From positions 64,001 to 128,000 of the forward strand of contig CAVOID010000011.1 in assembly GCA_963695875.1 (NCBI GenBank): a stretch of 64,000 nucleotides of DNA, in the 5' to 3' direction. Shown piece after piece: positions 37,509-48,161 of this stretch. The DNA comes from an uncultured delta proteobacterium. Its GTDB lineage: Bacteria > Desulfobacterota > Syntrophia > Syntrophales > UBA2185. The translations under genes were made by a program, and so were the position numbers. The notes beneath the pieces are model-generated. The model worked only from the letters and a program-made list of their open reading frames with translations, made no database searches and was not told the origin of the DNA. Numbering within the stretch: position 1 is the stretch's first letter; each line of letters begins with the position of its first letter.

Positions 37509-37587
37509 GGGGTTCAGAGACTATTCTCTGGAGGAATACGGTAAGTTGGTCGGGCCGCCACTGTTTAAAACAGTTGGCGGCTTTTTT
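37509..37587 (+). promoter_or_regulatory. nhaA-I (Li+-I) riboswitch-like RNA with overlapping intrinsic terminator
   Basis: GGGG-hairpin(TCAGAGA/TCTCTGG)-...GGTCGGGCCGCC; terminator GCCGCCACTGTTT-AAAACAGTTGGCGGC-TTTTTT; upstream of a cation transporter. Motif identity recalled, not searched. Confidence 0.7.
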
Positions 37588-37689
37588 ATATTATGCCATT
37601 TTTACCCTCTCACCTTCATTCGTATGCAAGTAGATAAATACAGAAAATATGACTGAACCTAATAACTTATTGCGGGGAGATTATCGTGT

Positions 37690-38163
37690 ATGAAAGCAAA
37701 AGATTTGATGGTACCTGTTTATGATTATCTTAGGCCCGACAACAGTATCAGGGAAGCTGTCAATCTTCTCAGAACCGCTATACGGGGGAAAAATAAGTTT
37801 GGCGTTATGGGCTTATCCGTACTTGACGAAAAGGGGAAGCTTGTGGGGATGCTTTCCATGACGGACATTCTCAAGGCGGTCTACCCTTCCTACATGTCCA
37901 TGATGAATTTAGGTGAATTTACATGGGACGGAATGCTGGAGTCCCTCGCCAGGCAAGCGGGGGAAAGAAAGGTAAAAGACCTCATGACCAGTCCTGTGGT
38001 TACCGTTCACGAGGATGATCCTCTCATGGAGTGCGTGGACCATTTATTGAAAAACAACGTCAGAAGGATGCCTGTTCTGAATAAAGAGGGTAAAGTTGTC
38101 GGGATGATATACTTGAGAGATATATTCTTTGCCGTCACAAAGGCGATGTTAGACGAGAATTAA
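37690..38163 (+). CDS. CBS domain pair protein
   Basis: MKAKDLM, VLDEKGKLVGMLS, VKDLMTSPVVTV, RRMPVLN. Confidence 0.9.
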   Translation: MKAKDLMVPVYDYLRPDNSIREAVNLLRTAIRGKNKFGVMGLSVLDEKGKLVGMLSMTDILKAVYPSYMSMMNLGEFTWDGMLESLARQAGERKVKDLMTSPVVTVHEDDPLMECVDHLLKNNVRRMPVLNKEGKVVGMIYLRDIFFAVTKAMLDEN

Positions 38164-38175
38164 CAGAGGTGAAAA

Positions 38176-39546
38176 ATGACGCAGGAAGTCGTCGCTGCTT
38201 CAAATCAGATCGTTATGGGACCGGCGTTCTGGATTGCGACATCAATTTTTATTCTTGCTTACGCCCTGATCGTATTGGAGAAGATCCATAAGACCACCAT
38301 TGCTATCTTCGGGGCGGCCCTGATGATTGTTCTGGGCATTGTAACCCAGGACGATGCATTCCATTCGACCGAACTGGGAGTTGATTGGAACGTGATCTTT
38401 CTCCTCGTAAGCATGATGACCATTATCAATATCATGAAGCCTACCGGTGTGTTTGAGTACATCGCTATCAAGAGCGCCAAGGCGGCAAAGGGGAAACCGT
38501 TTATGATCATGGCGATATTTTCTGTTGTGACGGCTGTTCTCTCGGCTTTTTTGGACAATGTCACGACGGTGCTCCTGATCGCTCCGGTAACGCTTCTCAT
38601 CTGCCAGGCACTTGGAGCTTGATGTCGTCCCATTTCTCATTACGGAGGCCTTGCCTCCAACATCGGCGGGACGGCAACCCTCATCGGCGACCCGCCGAAC
38701 ATCATGATCGCCTCGAAGGCCCAACTGGACTTTATGGCATTCATTTACCATCTGACGCCGGTCATTATCATTACCATGATCATATATATCATTACCCTGA
38801 AGCTGATATTCGGAAAAAGACTGACAGTAAGAGAGGACTTGCGGCAGCGTGTCATGGCCATGGATGAAAACGAAGCGATTAAAGATCCGGTGCTCCTGAA
38901 AAAATCCCTTGTTGTCCTGGCGGTGACGATGACGGGATTTGTCTTCCATGGGATGCTCCATTTGCAGCCTGCAACGATTGCCTTTGTCGGTGCTGGGCTA
39001 CTTCTCCTGGTTTCCGGGATCAAAGAACCTCATCACATACTTGCCGAGGCGGAGTGGGGAACTCTCTTTTTCTTCATAGGGCTGTTCATTATCATCGGAG
39101 GAGTCATCAAGGTCGGCCTCATCAAGTGGCTGTCCATTCAGGTATTGGAGATTACCCAGGGAAACATGTTCGCTACGAGCATGGTCGTCATGTGGTTTTC
39201 CGCATTTGCCTCGGCAATTGTCGATAATATTCCCTATGTGGCTACCATGAACCCGTTGATCATCGATATGGCGAAACAGCTCTGGCCGAATCTTTCCGGC
39301 ACTGAGCTTTTACATCATCCGGATTTAATGCCTGTCTGGTGGTCGTTGGCACTTGGCGCATGTCTGGGCGGAAACGGAACGGCCATTGGAGCCTCCGCCA
39401 ATGTTATTGTCGTCGGCATGGCGGAGAGGATGGGCTATCCCATATCGTTCAAGAAGTTCATGCTCTACGGGATGCCGTTTATGATCCAGACAGTTATTAT
39501 CAGCATGATTTATGTCTGGCTGAGGTATTATGTGTTGAATATTTAA
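38176..39546 (+). CDS. ArsB/NhaD family ion transporter (frameshifted near 38620-38660)
   Basis: SAFLDNVTT, NIGGTATLIGDPPN, SAIVDNIP, LGGNGTAIGASAN. Confidence 0.9.
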
Positions 39547-39628
39547 ATTGGGTCAATATCAAAGATGAGAACATAATTGAAAGTAATATGTAGAAGATAT
39601 GATAAAAGAATAGACGGAGGCTTACGGA

Positions 39629-39811
39629 ATGAAAATTCAAGAGATTCGTGAGATTGCGAGGGCACAGGGTGTTAATGCGCTCATTGGTCGAACCAAGCAG
39701 GATATAATCCGTGATATTCAGATCAGTGAAGGCAATTCACCGTGTTTTCGGACTAAAAATGCATGTGAGAACGATTGTTTGTGGAAAAGGGACTGCATAC
39801 TCAACAAATAA
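39629..39811 (+). CDS. Small SAP/Rho-N-like protein with Cys-rich C-terminus
   Basis: MKIQEIREIA...KQDIIRDIQISEGNSPCF...C...CLWKRDC. Confidence 0.7.
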   Translation: MKIQEIREIARAQGVNALIGRTKQDIIRDIQISEGNSPCFRTKNACENDCLWKRDCILNK

Positions 39812-40189
39812 ATTTACGTTTCGCTTTAATTAATCGGCATTCAGAACTATGGATTCTGGAGTGCTATCAGAGACTACAGTTCAAATGGTAATCTTCACTC
39901 CAATTTCAAAAATGAAAGTTACTGCTTTGTAGGTGTAGCAAATGCTATCCTTTTTATCTCGTTCTTCCTGAAGTCTTGTTTTTCTAATTCAGCCAATATA
40001 TTCATTATTTCATATGGTAAACATTATTTATTCCACAATGAAAGATGCCGGTAGGCTAACCGTCATTATGCAGGAGGTACTCACGATTCTAAGATATTTC
40101 GAGGGTTGTAATCATATTATTCCCGATTGTCATATCACGGCGAATGTTTATAAAATATTATGGGTCATATTTTACTGAAAGGAACGTTT

Positions 40190-40708
40190 ATGAAAGCAAC
40201 CTTTAAGTGGCTTGTTCATTTTTTTCTGATATGCAGTCTCCTCTTCATTTATTCTTTTCCGAATGCTGCGAGGGCAGAGCAGATCACTAATGTAGTGGAG
40301 AGCGACCAAGCTGACGATTTTACCCTGCAAGATTTGAATGGGAATGACGTCAGTCTGAGCGATTATAAAGGGAGAACGGTCATTCTATTATTCATGACTA
40401 CATGGATTCGCGACTGCTGGAAGGTGATCCCTCATATGAAGGAAATATATGCTCACTATGATTCAAAAGGTCTGGCTATTTTTAATATTGATATCATGGA
40501 ATCAAGAAAAAAGGTGGCGCACTTTTCAAAAGAATACGACATCCCCTATCCAACTCTTTTGGATGAAGATGGAAAACTCTCTCTCAAATACGGGGTTTAT
40601 AGCGTGCCAGTCGTGGTTCTGATCAACGGTGAAGGCCGGATCATCTGTTGGAATTGTTCGTCGCTAGACAAGCTGCTGGAGAAACAATTCGAAATGAAGC
40701 AGAAGTAA
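40190..40708 (+). CDS. TlpA/redoxin family thioredoxin-fold protein with atypical active site
   Basis: DFTLQDLNG..VSLSDYKG, FMTTW-IRDC, YGVYSVP, C-terminal CWNC. Confidence 0.8.
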   Translation: MKATFKWLVHFFLICSLLFIYSFPNAARAEQITNVVESDQADDFTLQDLNGNDVSLSDYKGRTVILLFMTTWIRDCWKVIPHMKEIYAHYDSKGLAIFNIDIMESRKKVAHFSKEYDIPYPTLLDEDGKLSLKYGVYSVPVVVLINGEGRIICWNCSSLDKLLEKQFEMKQK

Positions 40709-40778
40709 CAGCAAAATATTTTGTCCATACCGAATTTTGCTCTAATCTTGTTCTCACTAATATAAGGAGGGTAAAAAG

Positions 40779-41147
40779 ATGATTAGTATCAAGATGGGGA
40801 AAATGAGCGGTTTGGTTTACATATTGCCGGTCATGTTTATGATCATTCTGCTGACTTCCTGTGCGACAATGGGCAAGGCTTATCATAAATATTTAATGAA
40901 AGGCAGCATCATAGAAACCTCGGACGATGGTGTGTACCTCTGCATTGGTACAAGAGACGGTGCAAAAGTAGGTCAGGAGTTCGATGTCTACAAAATCATC
41001 ACAATCTCACATGCTAGGTCGACGTTCCAAAGAGTACATGCAGGAAAGGTAAAGATCACGGAAATTGTTGATGAGCACTTTGCAAAAGCAAAGGTTATTT
41101 CCGGTAAAGCAGAAAAGAATGACATTGTGGAATTATCCGCACCTTAA
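40779..41147 (+). CDS. Hypothetical lipoprotein (FlgT C-terminal-like beta-barrel)
   Basis: Lipobox LTSC; VYLCIG..DGAKVGQEFDVY...GKVKITEI. Confidence 0.6.
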   Translation: MISIKMGKMSGLVYILPVMFMIILLTSCATMGKAYHKYLMKGSIIETSDDGVYLCIGTRDGAKVGQEFDVYKIITISHARSTFQRVHAGKVKITEIVDEHFAKAKVISGKAEKNDIVELSAP

Positions 41148-41230
41148 TGTGCGATTCAGATTGTTGGAGAAGATGCAAAACCACGTTTTAGATATCTACT
41201 TTTATCTTTAAAAAGGAAAGGAGGCAAATT

Positions 41231-41806
41231 ATGTACTTGAAAGTAAAGAAAATATTTTTGGGGTCAGTCATACTGCTTTTTGTTCTGTCCGTGGCTGTTG
41301 CTACTGCCCAGCAGAGTGCTCCTGCCATCAGCGGTCAAGATCAACAGTTGGTGAATGAGCTGAAAGGCAAAAATGGAAAACAGGCGATGGAACTGGCTTA
41401 TCAATGGAAGCAGACGAATATCGATGTTGTGAGTTTCGTGACCCCAGATGCAGTCCATTTCAAGTTCAAAGATGGAACGGAGAAAGAAGTACCCCTGCCG
41501 GCGGATCAAATGGTCGTATCCATCGCTCCATACATCAATAAGACTCACCCGTGTTCGACGCACTATATGTCGAAGTGCGACGGAGAACTGAAGAATACAC
41601 CCGTAAAGGTCAAGGCCGTAACCGCCCAAGGCAAGGTACTGATCAACAAGACGATTAAAACACCCTATTACGGTTTTATCGATCTCTGGCTACCAAGAGA
41701 TCAGGAGATCAATCTGTTCGTAAGCGCCATGGGTAAGAAAGCAACGGGAAAAATATATACATATAGAAACAGCAAGACCTGCGATACCACACTGAAGCTC
41801 GAATAA
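41231..41806 (+). CDS. CueP-family periplasmic metal (copper)-binding protein
   Basis: Signal peptide; VSIAPYINKTHPCSTHYMSKCDGEL, GFIDLWLPRD, KTCDTTLKL. Confidence 0.8.
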   Translation: MYLKVKKIFLGSVILLFVLSVAVATAQQSAPAISGQDQQLVNELKGKNGKQAMELAYQWKQTNIDVVSFVTPDAVHFKFKDGTEKEVPLPADQMVVSIAPYINKTHPCSTHYMSKCDGELKNTPVKVKAVTAQGKVLINKTIKTPYYGFIDLWLPRDQEINLFVSAMGKKATGKIYTYRNSKTCDTTLKLE

Positions 41807-41937
41807 TGAGACCCGTTTTTATGAAGTGGCTGGCCGGGAAACGCGAATTGATGTTGAAGATAAAGTCGTTTGTTGGCAGGGAAAAGGAACAAGCGATTAT
41901 ACACTTGAGCAATGCCGTTTCGCGTGCCACACTCGTG

Positions 41938-42827
41938 ATGAGTCGAATAGCCAAAACAATATACGGCAGGCTGAGAAAAATTGTAAAAGACTTGAGCGGC
42001 GTCGTTTCCAGCGGATATCCGTATTACAGGCATTCGCTGCCGGTGCGCATTATGCACTGGAGCAATGTTGTTTTGCTTGCCATACTCCTGATGAGCGGTC
42101 TCAATATTTTCAACGCCCATCCGGCGCTCTACTGGGGCAAGTCAGTCTTACAGCGGCGTTCCCCCCGTATTGGAGTTGCGGGGCAAAGAAGACGATGAAG
42201 GAGAAATCTCCGGCGTCACCCGCATCTTCGGCCACGAATTCGATACAACCGGATTCCTCGGCGCCTCCAGAGACGCGGCGGGAGAATTAACCGAACGTGG
42301 CTTCCCATCCTGGCTTACCATACCCGACTGAGCGATGGCTTGCCATGGCGCGGCGCTGGCACTTTTTTATCGCCTGGCTGCTCGTGGTAAACGGCATCAC
42401 CTTTGTGACCTACTCCATTGTGAGCAGGCATTTGCATCGTGATCTTGTTCCCACGAGGCAGGATTGGCGTTCGATAGGCAGATCGATTATCGATCATCTG
42501 CGCTTTCGACATCCCACAGGCGAGGCGGCCAAGCACTACAACGTACTGCAGAAATGCGCCTATCTGGTGGTGATCTTTTTCCTTCTCCCCCTGATGATCC
42601 TGATGGGACTGGGTATGTCGCCGGCGCTGGACGCATTGTTCCCCGGCTGGGTGGATATCTTTTCCGGCCGACAATCCGTAAGGACGATCCATTTCGTTGT
42701 CGCCTGGGCGCTGGTGCTGTTCGTGATCATTCACGTGTTTATGGTAATCGTCAGCGGCTTCTGGAACAACCTTCGCTCGATGATTACAGGATACTACAGG
42801 ATCGAATCGGAGGCGGATCATGAGTGA
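41938..42827 (+). CDS. Cytochrome b/b6-domain membrane protein (YdhU-like); frameshifted, start uncertain
   Basis: YRHSLPVRIMHW, SGLNIFNAHPALYWG, RRWHFF, YNVLQKCAY, RTIHF. Confidence 0.8.
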
Positions 42828-43596
42828 TGACAACAAGCTCACCCGGCGTAGTCTCATGACGCGCCTTCTTGCCGGCGCAAGCGTAGTGGTGCTTAGCGGC
42901 TGCGAAAAACTTTCGGAAACCACCTGGTTTCCCAAGGTGTTGGGTTTAGGCGAAAAGGCTACGTATAAAATTCAAAGGCTGGTCCTGCCGCGCAAAGCGA
43001 TGGCGCAGGAATTCACAGAAACCGACCTGTCACCGCAATTCCGCAGCAACGGGACATCAATGCCGAATAATCCAACATACATGGCGCTGGCAGCCAAAGG
43101 ATTTACGGACTATCGCCTCGAGGTGGGCGGTCTGGTTGAACGGCCCATGACTTTTTCGCTTGCCGACATTCGAAAGTTTCCCAGTCGCACCCAGATAACG
43201 CGCCATGATTGCGTTGAGGGGTGGAGCGCAATAGGCATGTGGAAGGGGGCGCGCCTCAGCGCGCTGCTCGAAGCAGTACATCTGAAGCCCAATGCCCGTT
43301 ATGTCGTTTTCCACTGCGCAGACCCGATGGAAGAAGATGGCAGCTCCCCCTATTACGAGAGCATCGACCTGGAAGACGCTTTTCACCCGCAGACGATACT
43401 CGCTTATGAACTGAACGGCAAACCATTGCCAATCCAGAACGGCGCACCGCTTCGCTTGCGATTGGAGCGGCAGCTTGGCTACAAAATGGCGAAGTATGTC
43501 ATGCGCCTTGAAATCGTCGAAGATTTTTCCGGGATAGCCGGGGGGAAAGGGGGTTACTGGGAAGACCAGGGATACGAGTGGTATGCCGGCATCTAA
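42820..43596 (+). CDS. Molybdopterin-dependent oxidoreductase (sulfite oxidase/MsrP-like), Tat-exported
   Basis: TRRSLM Tat motif, HDCVEGWS, NGAPLRL, GYKMAKYV, GYWEDQGY. Confidence 0.88.
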   Translation: MSDDNKLTRRSLMTRLLAGASVVVLSGCEKLSETTWFPKVLGLGEKATYKIQRLVLPRKAMAQEFTETDLSPQFRSNGTSMPNNPTYMALAAKGFTDYRLEVGGLVERPMTFSLADIRKFPSRTQITRHDCVEGWSAIGMWKGARLSALLEAVHLKPNARYVVFHCADPMEEDGSSPYYESIDLEDAFHPQTILAYELNGKPLPIQNGAPLRLRLERQLGYKMAKYVMRLEIVEDFSGIAGGKGGYWEDQGYEWYAGI

Positions 43597-43910
43597 GAAG
43601 TCCTGACAATAACACGGAGGATAGTTTCAAGAGCATCATCAACGGGTCAGGAATAGGGACATCCTTTACATATTTACATTTGCAAAATGGATCATATGAT
43701 TCTTCATGATCTATCTCAATCCCGCGGGTGAATCAAAACCGCGCCAACAATCCACAATGTAGAGCATTTCAATCGATAATCTTCATTATCCACTTCATGG
43801 TGATGTTCACACTTTGTAGGTGCTATACGTAACAAAATGGTGATTGCAACTTAGGTTTATTAGGTTCATCATCTATCTGTATTTCCTATTGAATCACAGG
43901 AAAGGAGATA

Positions 43911-45080
43911 GTGATGGACCAGATGGCCATAGAAAATTGCAGTATCGTTTCAGCGAAAGAATCCCTGCCGGAATTTGGAATCAATGATCGACAGGCAGGG
44001 TTTCTCCCATCCATTATTTTACCCGAGATCTATAGAGGAAAATCAGGGAAGGTAGTTTATCCTGCGTACACGCAGGAGGCAAAAGCTCTTCACTGGGCAT
44101 TGGATCGCCTTGCAGGCTGGGAATTGCCGGGCAAAGAGCATGTTGAGGAATATTTTCGGAGCATGTATCGGCGGAACTTCCGACCGAGGACATACGCCAG
44201 TGCTCTGACTGCTATTTACGACTTCCTCACCGGTGTCAGGGATTCGGGAAAGACCTGTCTGGAAGAGATCACCAAGCGTGACATTGAAGCTTTTATTGAA
44301 CATGAGCAGGATCGCGGTTTGATGCTATCGACGGTGCGGACGAAACTGCACTGCGTCAATGCTTTTTTGGGTTATGCGATTGACGCAGGGGTTGTCAGCG
44401 CTGATGTCCTGGCAAGAAGGATTCGCCTGAAAAAGCCCGAGACATTGCCGCGGGCCATGGATCCGGACGATGTGAAGCAATTACTCTCCGTTATCGATAA
44501 TCCGAGAGACCGGGCCATGATCATGGTTCTTTTACGGACGGGGATGAGAATCGGCGAGCTGCTCAACACCAAGATGCAGGATCTTCACCTCAGGGATCGC
44601 AGGATTGATATTTACGAGGGAGAAAAGAACCGGCTAGGGACGGGTTGTTTATCTCAGTGATGATGCGATGAGTGCTTTGAAGGCATGGCTCAAGATGAGA
44701 GACGCCTCATAAGGAGTTTCTCTTTTACGCCACAGGGCAGGAAAAGCATGTCCTATAGTACGGCCCATCTTATCTTTGAACAGTATCTCACGAAAGCCGG
44801 TCTTACCCATAAGGGGTATTCCCTTCATGCGCTTCGGCATACCTTTGCCAGTGAGCTTCTCAATGCCGGCATGCGGATCGAGTGTCTTCAGCCGTTGATG
44901 GGGCATACCTCTCTGGATGTGACACGGCGCTATGCCCGGCTCACGGACAAGACCAGGGAGGAAGAGTACTTCAGAGCCATGACGATTATAGAAAGGGGGG
45001 AGATTGATGGCCATTACCGATGCGATCATCAGGTACAGGCGTTTCTTGAAGAGAAGGAACGTCTCACCGAATACCGTTAA
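43911..45080 (+). CDS. Tyrosine recombinase A (frameshift near 44640)
   Basis: LLRTGMRIGE, GEKNR, HALRHT, LMGH, TRRYA catalytic set. Confidence 0.88.
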
Positions 45081-45901
45081 GAACTATTTGAACGGCCTGA
45101 AACATTTTGTTCTCTGGCTTGATGTGCCGATCGAGGAAGCCACATACCGGAAGATTATTGCGTATATGGATTATCTCGCTCGGCAAACGGTTAAAGCCAA
45201 AGACGATCAACTGTTATCTCAACAGCGTATGTCAGTTTTATCACTACCTCTCGGAAGAAGAGGAAGTCCCGATCGTCAACCCGGTGAAGAAGCCGAATAT
45301 CATGAAGCTCCCCAGGGGACTTCCCAAGCATCTGAAAGACGAGCAGATAGAGATCCTCTTCAAGAATCTGAAAGGGCCAAGGGATCGAGCCATGTTCATG
45401 ATTATGCTCCGATGCGGATTACGGGTGGAAGAAGTGGCCCATCTTTCCCTCGGCAACATTGATCTTAAACGCAGAATCCTGCTTATCCAGGACGGCAAGG
45501 GCGCCAAGGATCGGATTGTCTATATCAGCAACGATGCCCTTCCTGCTCTCCTGGAATATCTCAGGGTGAGACCGGCAAATAAAGTAAAAAAGGTCTTTCT
45601 GGTAGAGAAAGGGCCTCTTACCGGACAGCCTATATCCATTCGCGGCATCCAGAAACGGATGGAATATTATGCCCGCAAAACAAACCTGAGAATCTCCTGT
45701 CATCATCTTCGCCATACGATGGCCACACAGATGTTGAATGCCGACACCGATCTCTCTACGATCCAGGATCTCCTGGGGCACAACTCCATCAGAACAACGC
45801 AACGTTACTGCCGGATATCAAACCCGAAAGTACGAAGGGATTACTTCAAAGCCATGGAGGTCATCATGCAACGAACGGCTGGCAACCCAGATAATCCTTG
45901 A
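45007..45901 (+). CDS. Tyrosine recombinase B (frameshift near 45180)
   Basis: CGLRVEE, GKGAKDR, HHLRHT, LLGH, TQRYC; overlaps recombinase A by 74 nt. Confidence 0.88.
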
Positions 45902-46231
45902 CGAAAGAACAAAACTATGAAATCTTAAACACAACTTAACACATTAATATCAATAGGAAATACAGATTATGTTACGTATAGGTAGGTGAACTAACAACAA
46001 CCCCCGTTTTACCGCTTCCTTCCTATTATTCACGAATCGCCAACCTAAATGAAGATGGAGGGTTTCAACCCGTAATCGTTCATGTTGTTTAATTAATTAT
46101 TATGATATGAATTATAGAAATCTATACTTTCGGTTCTGTGAGAGCTTGGGGCCTCCCAGAGTATCTAGGCGTCTATCTCGGTTGGCGATCCGTAGCCGCA
46201 CCATATATTAAAAACAATAGCAGTTTAAGTT

Positions 46232-46857
46232 ATGAAGATTTTTAATAAAATATTAAGCTATAAAGATAAATATAATCTTAAGAAAAAATTAGTTGAAATA
46301 GAAAAACAAATAGATCACACCTATAAGCCAGCCAAGGATATTTGTTTGTCAATTGTGCAGGCAGCAGAAAATTGTAAGCTGATTTTAAGAACAGACTTGG
46401 GTTTTGAAGATAAAAAGAAAAAGACCTTGCTGAAATGTTGGTATTTTATGAGTACCTTTATTTTTTCATACATCTAACACTAAGATTAGCATTTGGTAAA
46501 TTTACAGAAACACAAATAAAGAAATTGCGAGAATATATGGGGCCGGTAATTGTTGGCGCCGCAATTGATTCATACACAATGGATTGGCCAAAAGATTTGA
46601 AAGAAGGTGTGAAAAAAGAATTTTATGACAAATTAAACCAGGCTGAGCTTGAATATTCAGAGTGCAAGGTTATATTAGACAGGGATAGACCATTTTCCGA
46701 TAATGCTCTGTTTACTAAATTAGCAAAAAATATAACAGAGCTTACGGGACATAATAATAATCCGTTAAAGATAGTAGAAATAATATTAACATCAATAGAA
46801 GAATATGCGAAAATGGATTTGAATAAGTTAGTAGATGAGGCAGCAAACACATTATAG
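46232..46857 (+). CDS. AT-rich hypothetical protein (frameshift near 46430)
   Basis: Two overlapping ORFs (46232-46477, 46435-46857) separated by an A-run; no recognisable motif. Confidence 0.55.
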
Positions 46858-46973
46858 CAAGGCAGTCGACCGGGCAGCCTCATAGCCGCCGATGAGTTTA
46901 GTCGTGTATTTCAAGTCGTAATCATCGGTAGAATATCATCACATGAATTAAGGACTTGTAGATACCGTTCTTG

Positions 46974-47943
46974 TCAAGCGAAAATTGGCTTATAATTTGG
47001 ATCATACATTTTCCCGGATTTCAGGACTCCAAAGATAACGTGAACCAGTTTCCGCATAATCGCACAGACAATCACTTTCCCATTTTTGCCTTTATCTTTT
47101 AGGCGGTTATAAAAAGCGATCATAACAGGATTGCATTGAATCGATACCAATGCCGGCATGTACAGGGCTTTCCTGAGCCGTGCATGTCCGATTTTGCATA
47201 ATCTGGGTTTGCCTTTAATAGATGATCCTGAGAGCGTTTCCTTCGGTGCGAGTCCGATGAATGCCACCATTTCACGAACATGGTTGAATTTTTCCAGATC
47301 ATCTAATTCTGCCAGGATGTGAGGAATGGTTACCTTACCAATAGCGGGAATAGAATCCAGCAAATCCTTTTTCCGTTTAAGATTTGGATTTTGTCCTATC
47401 AGATCGGCAATTTGTTTTCTGATTTTTTCAATCTCCTGATCCAAATAAGCGATATGTTCTTTGATCAAAAGAGATGACAGATTCATGTGCCGTGCTGATC
47501 CGATTCTTCTCCTGGCTTCGCATGTCGATCAGGCTATCAACCCGTCTGACCAGAGCTCTCAGGGATCTGATCTCCGGTGAAGGTGGAATCCATGCACCTG
47601 GTTTCATAGCCAGACAGAACCGGGCAATCAAGGCGGCATCAAGCTTATCCGTCTTGGTGCGAATCAGTTCACTCTGAGCAAATCCCTTGATCCGGGCGGG
47701 ATTGACAATGCTGACAATGTGGCCGGCTTCATGAAGATAGATCGCCAGATCCTCTCCATAGTTGCCCGTGGCTTCCAGACAGGCATGGACCTTTTGAATT
47801 CCCTGTTTCTCAAGCCAGAGCCTCAACGTCTCAAAACCTTCTGCCGAATTCTTGCAGGTCTTATGTTTTGTCTTCCCATCTACAAGAAGTGCGGCATCGA
47901 ATTTCTGTTTCGCAATATCTATCCCAAGAACCGATACTGACAT
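46974..47943 (-). CDS. IS110 family DEDD recombinase/transposase (frameshift near 47470)
   Basis: LGIDIAK, CLEATG, KTDKLDA (RuvC-like DEDD); SGSS catalytic Ser; LRKALYMPA, MRKL. Confidence 0.93.
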
Positions 47944-47985
47944 ATAAATACCCCTCTTAAATAAATATTACCCTTCAGTAAAATA

Positions 47986-48161
47986 GCTTCGTTCGAATCA
48001 ACCTTGCAAGTGCAAACTCATTCCCATCTGAGAAGGTTTATGATACCGTACGAGTTATTGAACAAAGCAGTGGGAAGAGGATCTACTCTACAAACCATGC
48101 TCTCTGGCATCAGGTGAAACACAGATTCACTCCTCCCATTTTACCCCGGCGTCCCAGGGTA
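47986..48161 (-). ncRNA. IS110 bridge RNA (5' stem, target-binding loop, donor-binding loop)
   Basis: LTG GTTTCACCT (48112-20), RTG TTGTAG (48088-93), LDG ACGGTATC (48042-49), RDG GCAAG (48003-07); closing stems TGGGAGGAG/CTCTTCCCA and GCTTTGTTC/GAACGAAGC. Confidence 0.85.

Larger units (their letters stand above)
43823..45981 (+). mobile_element. Two-tyrosine-recombinase element (RIT/Tn554-like 'duo') with inverted ends and flanking 7-bp direct repeat
   Basis: Terminal IR CTATACGTAACA (43823-34 / 45970-81); inner IR ATCTGTATTTCCTATTGA (43875-92 / 45950-67); GTAGGTG at 43816-22 and 45982-88. Confidence 0.85.
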
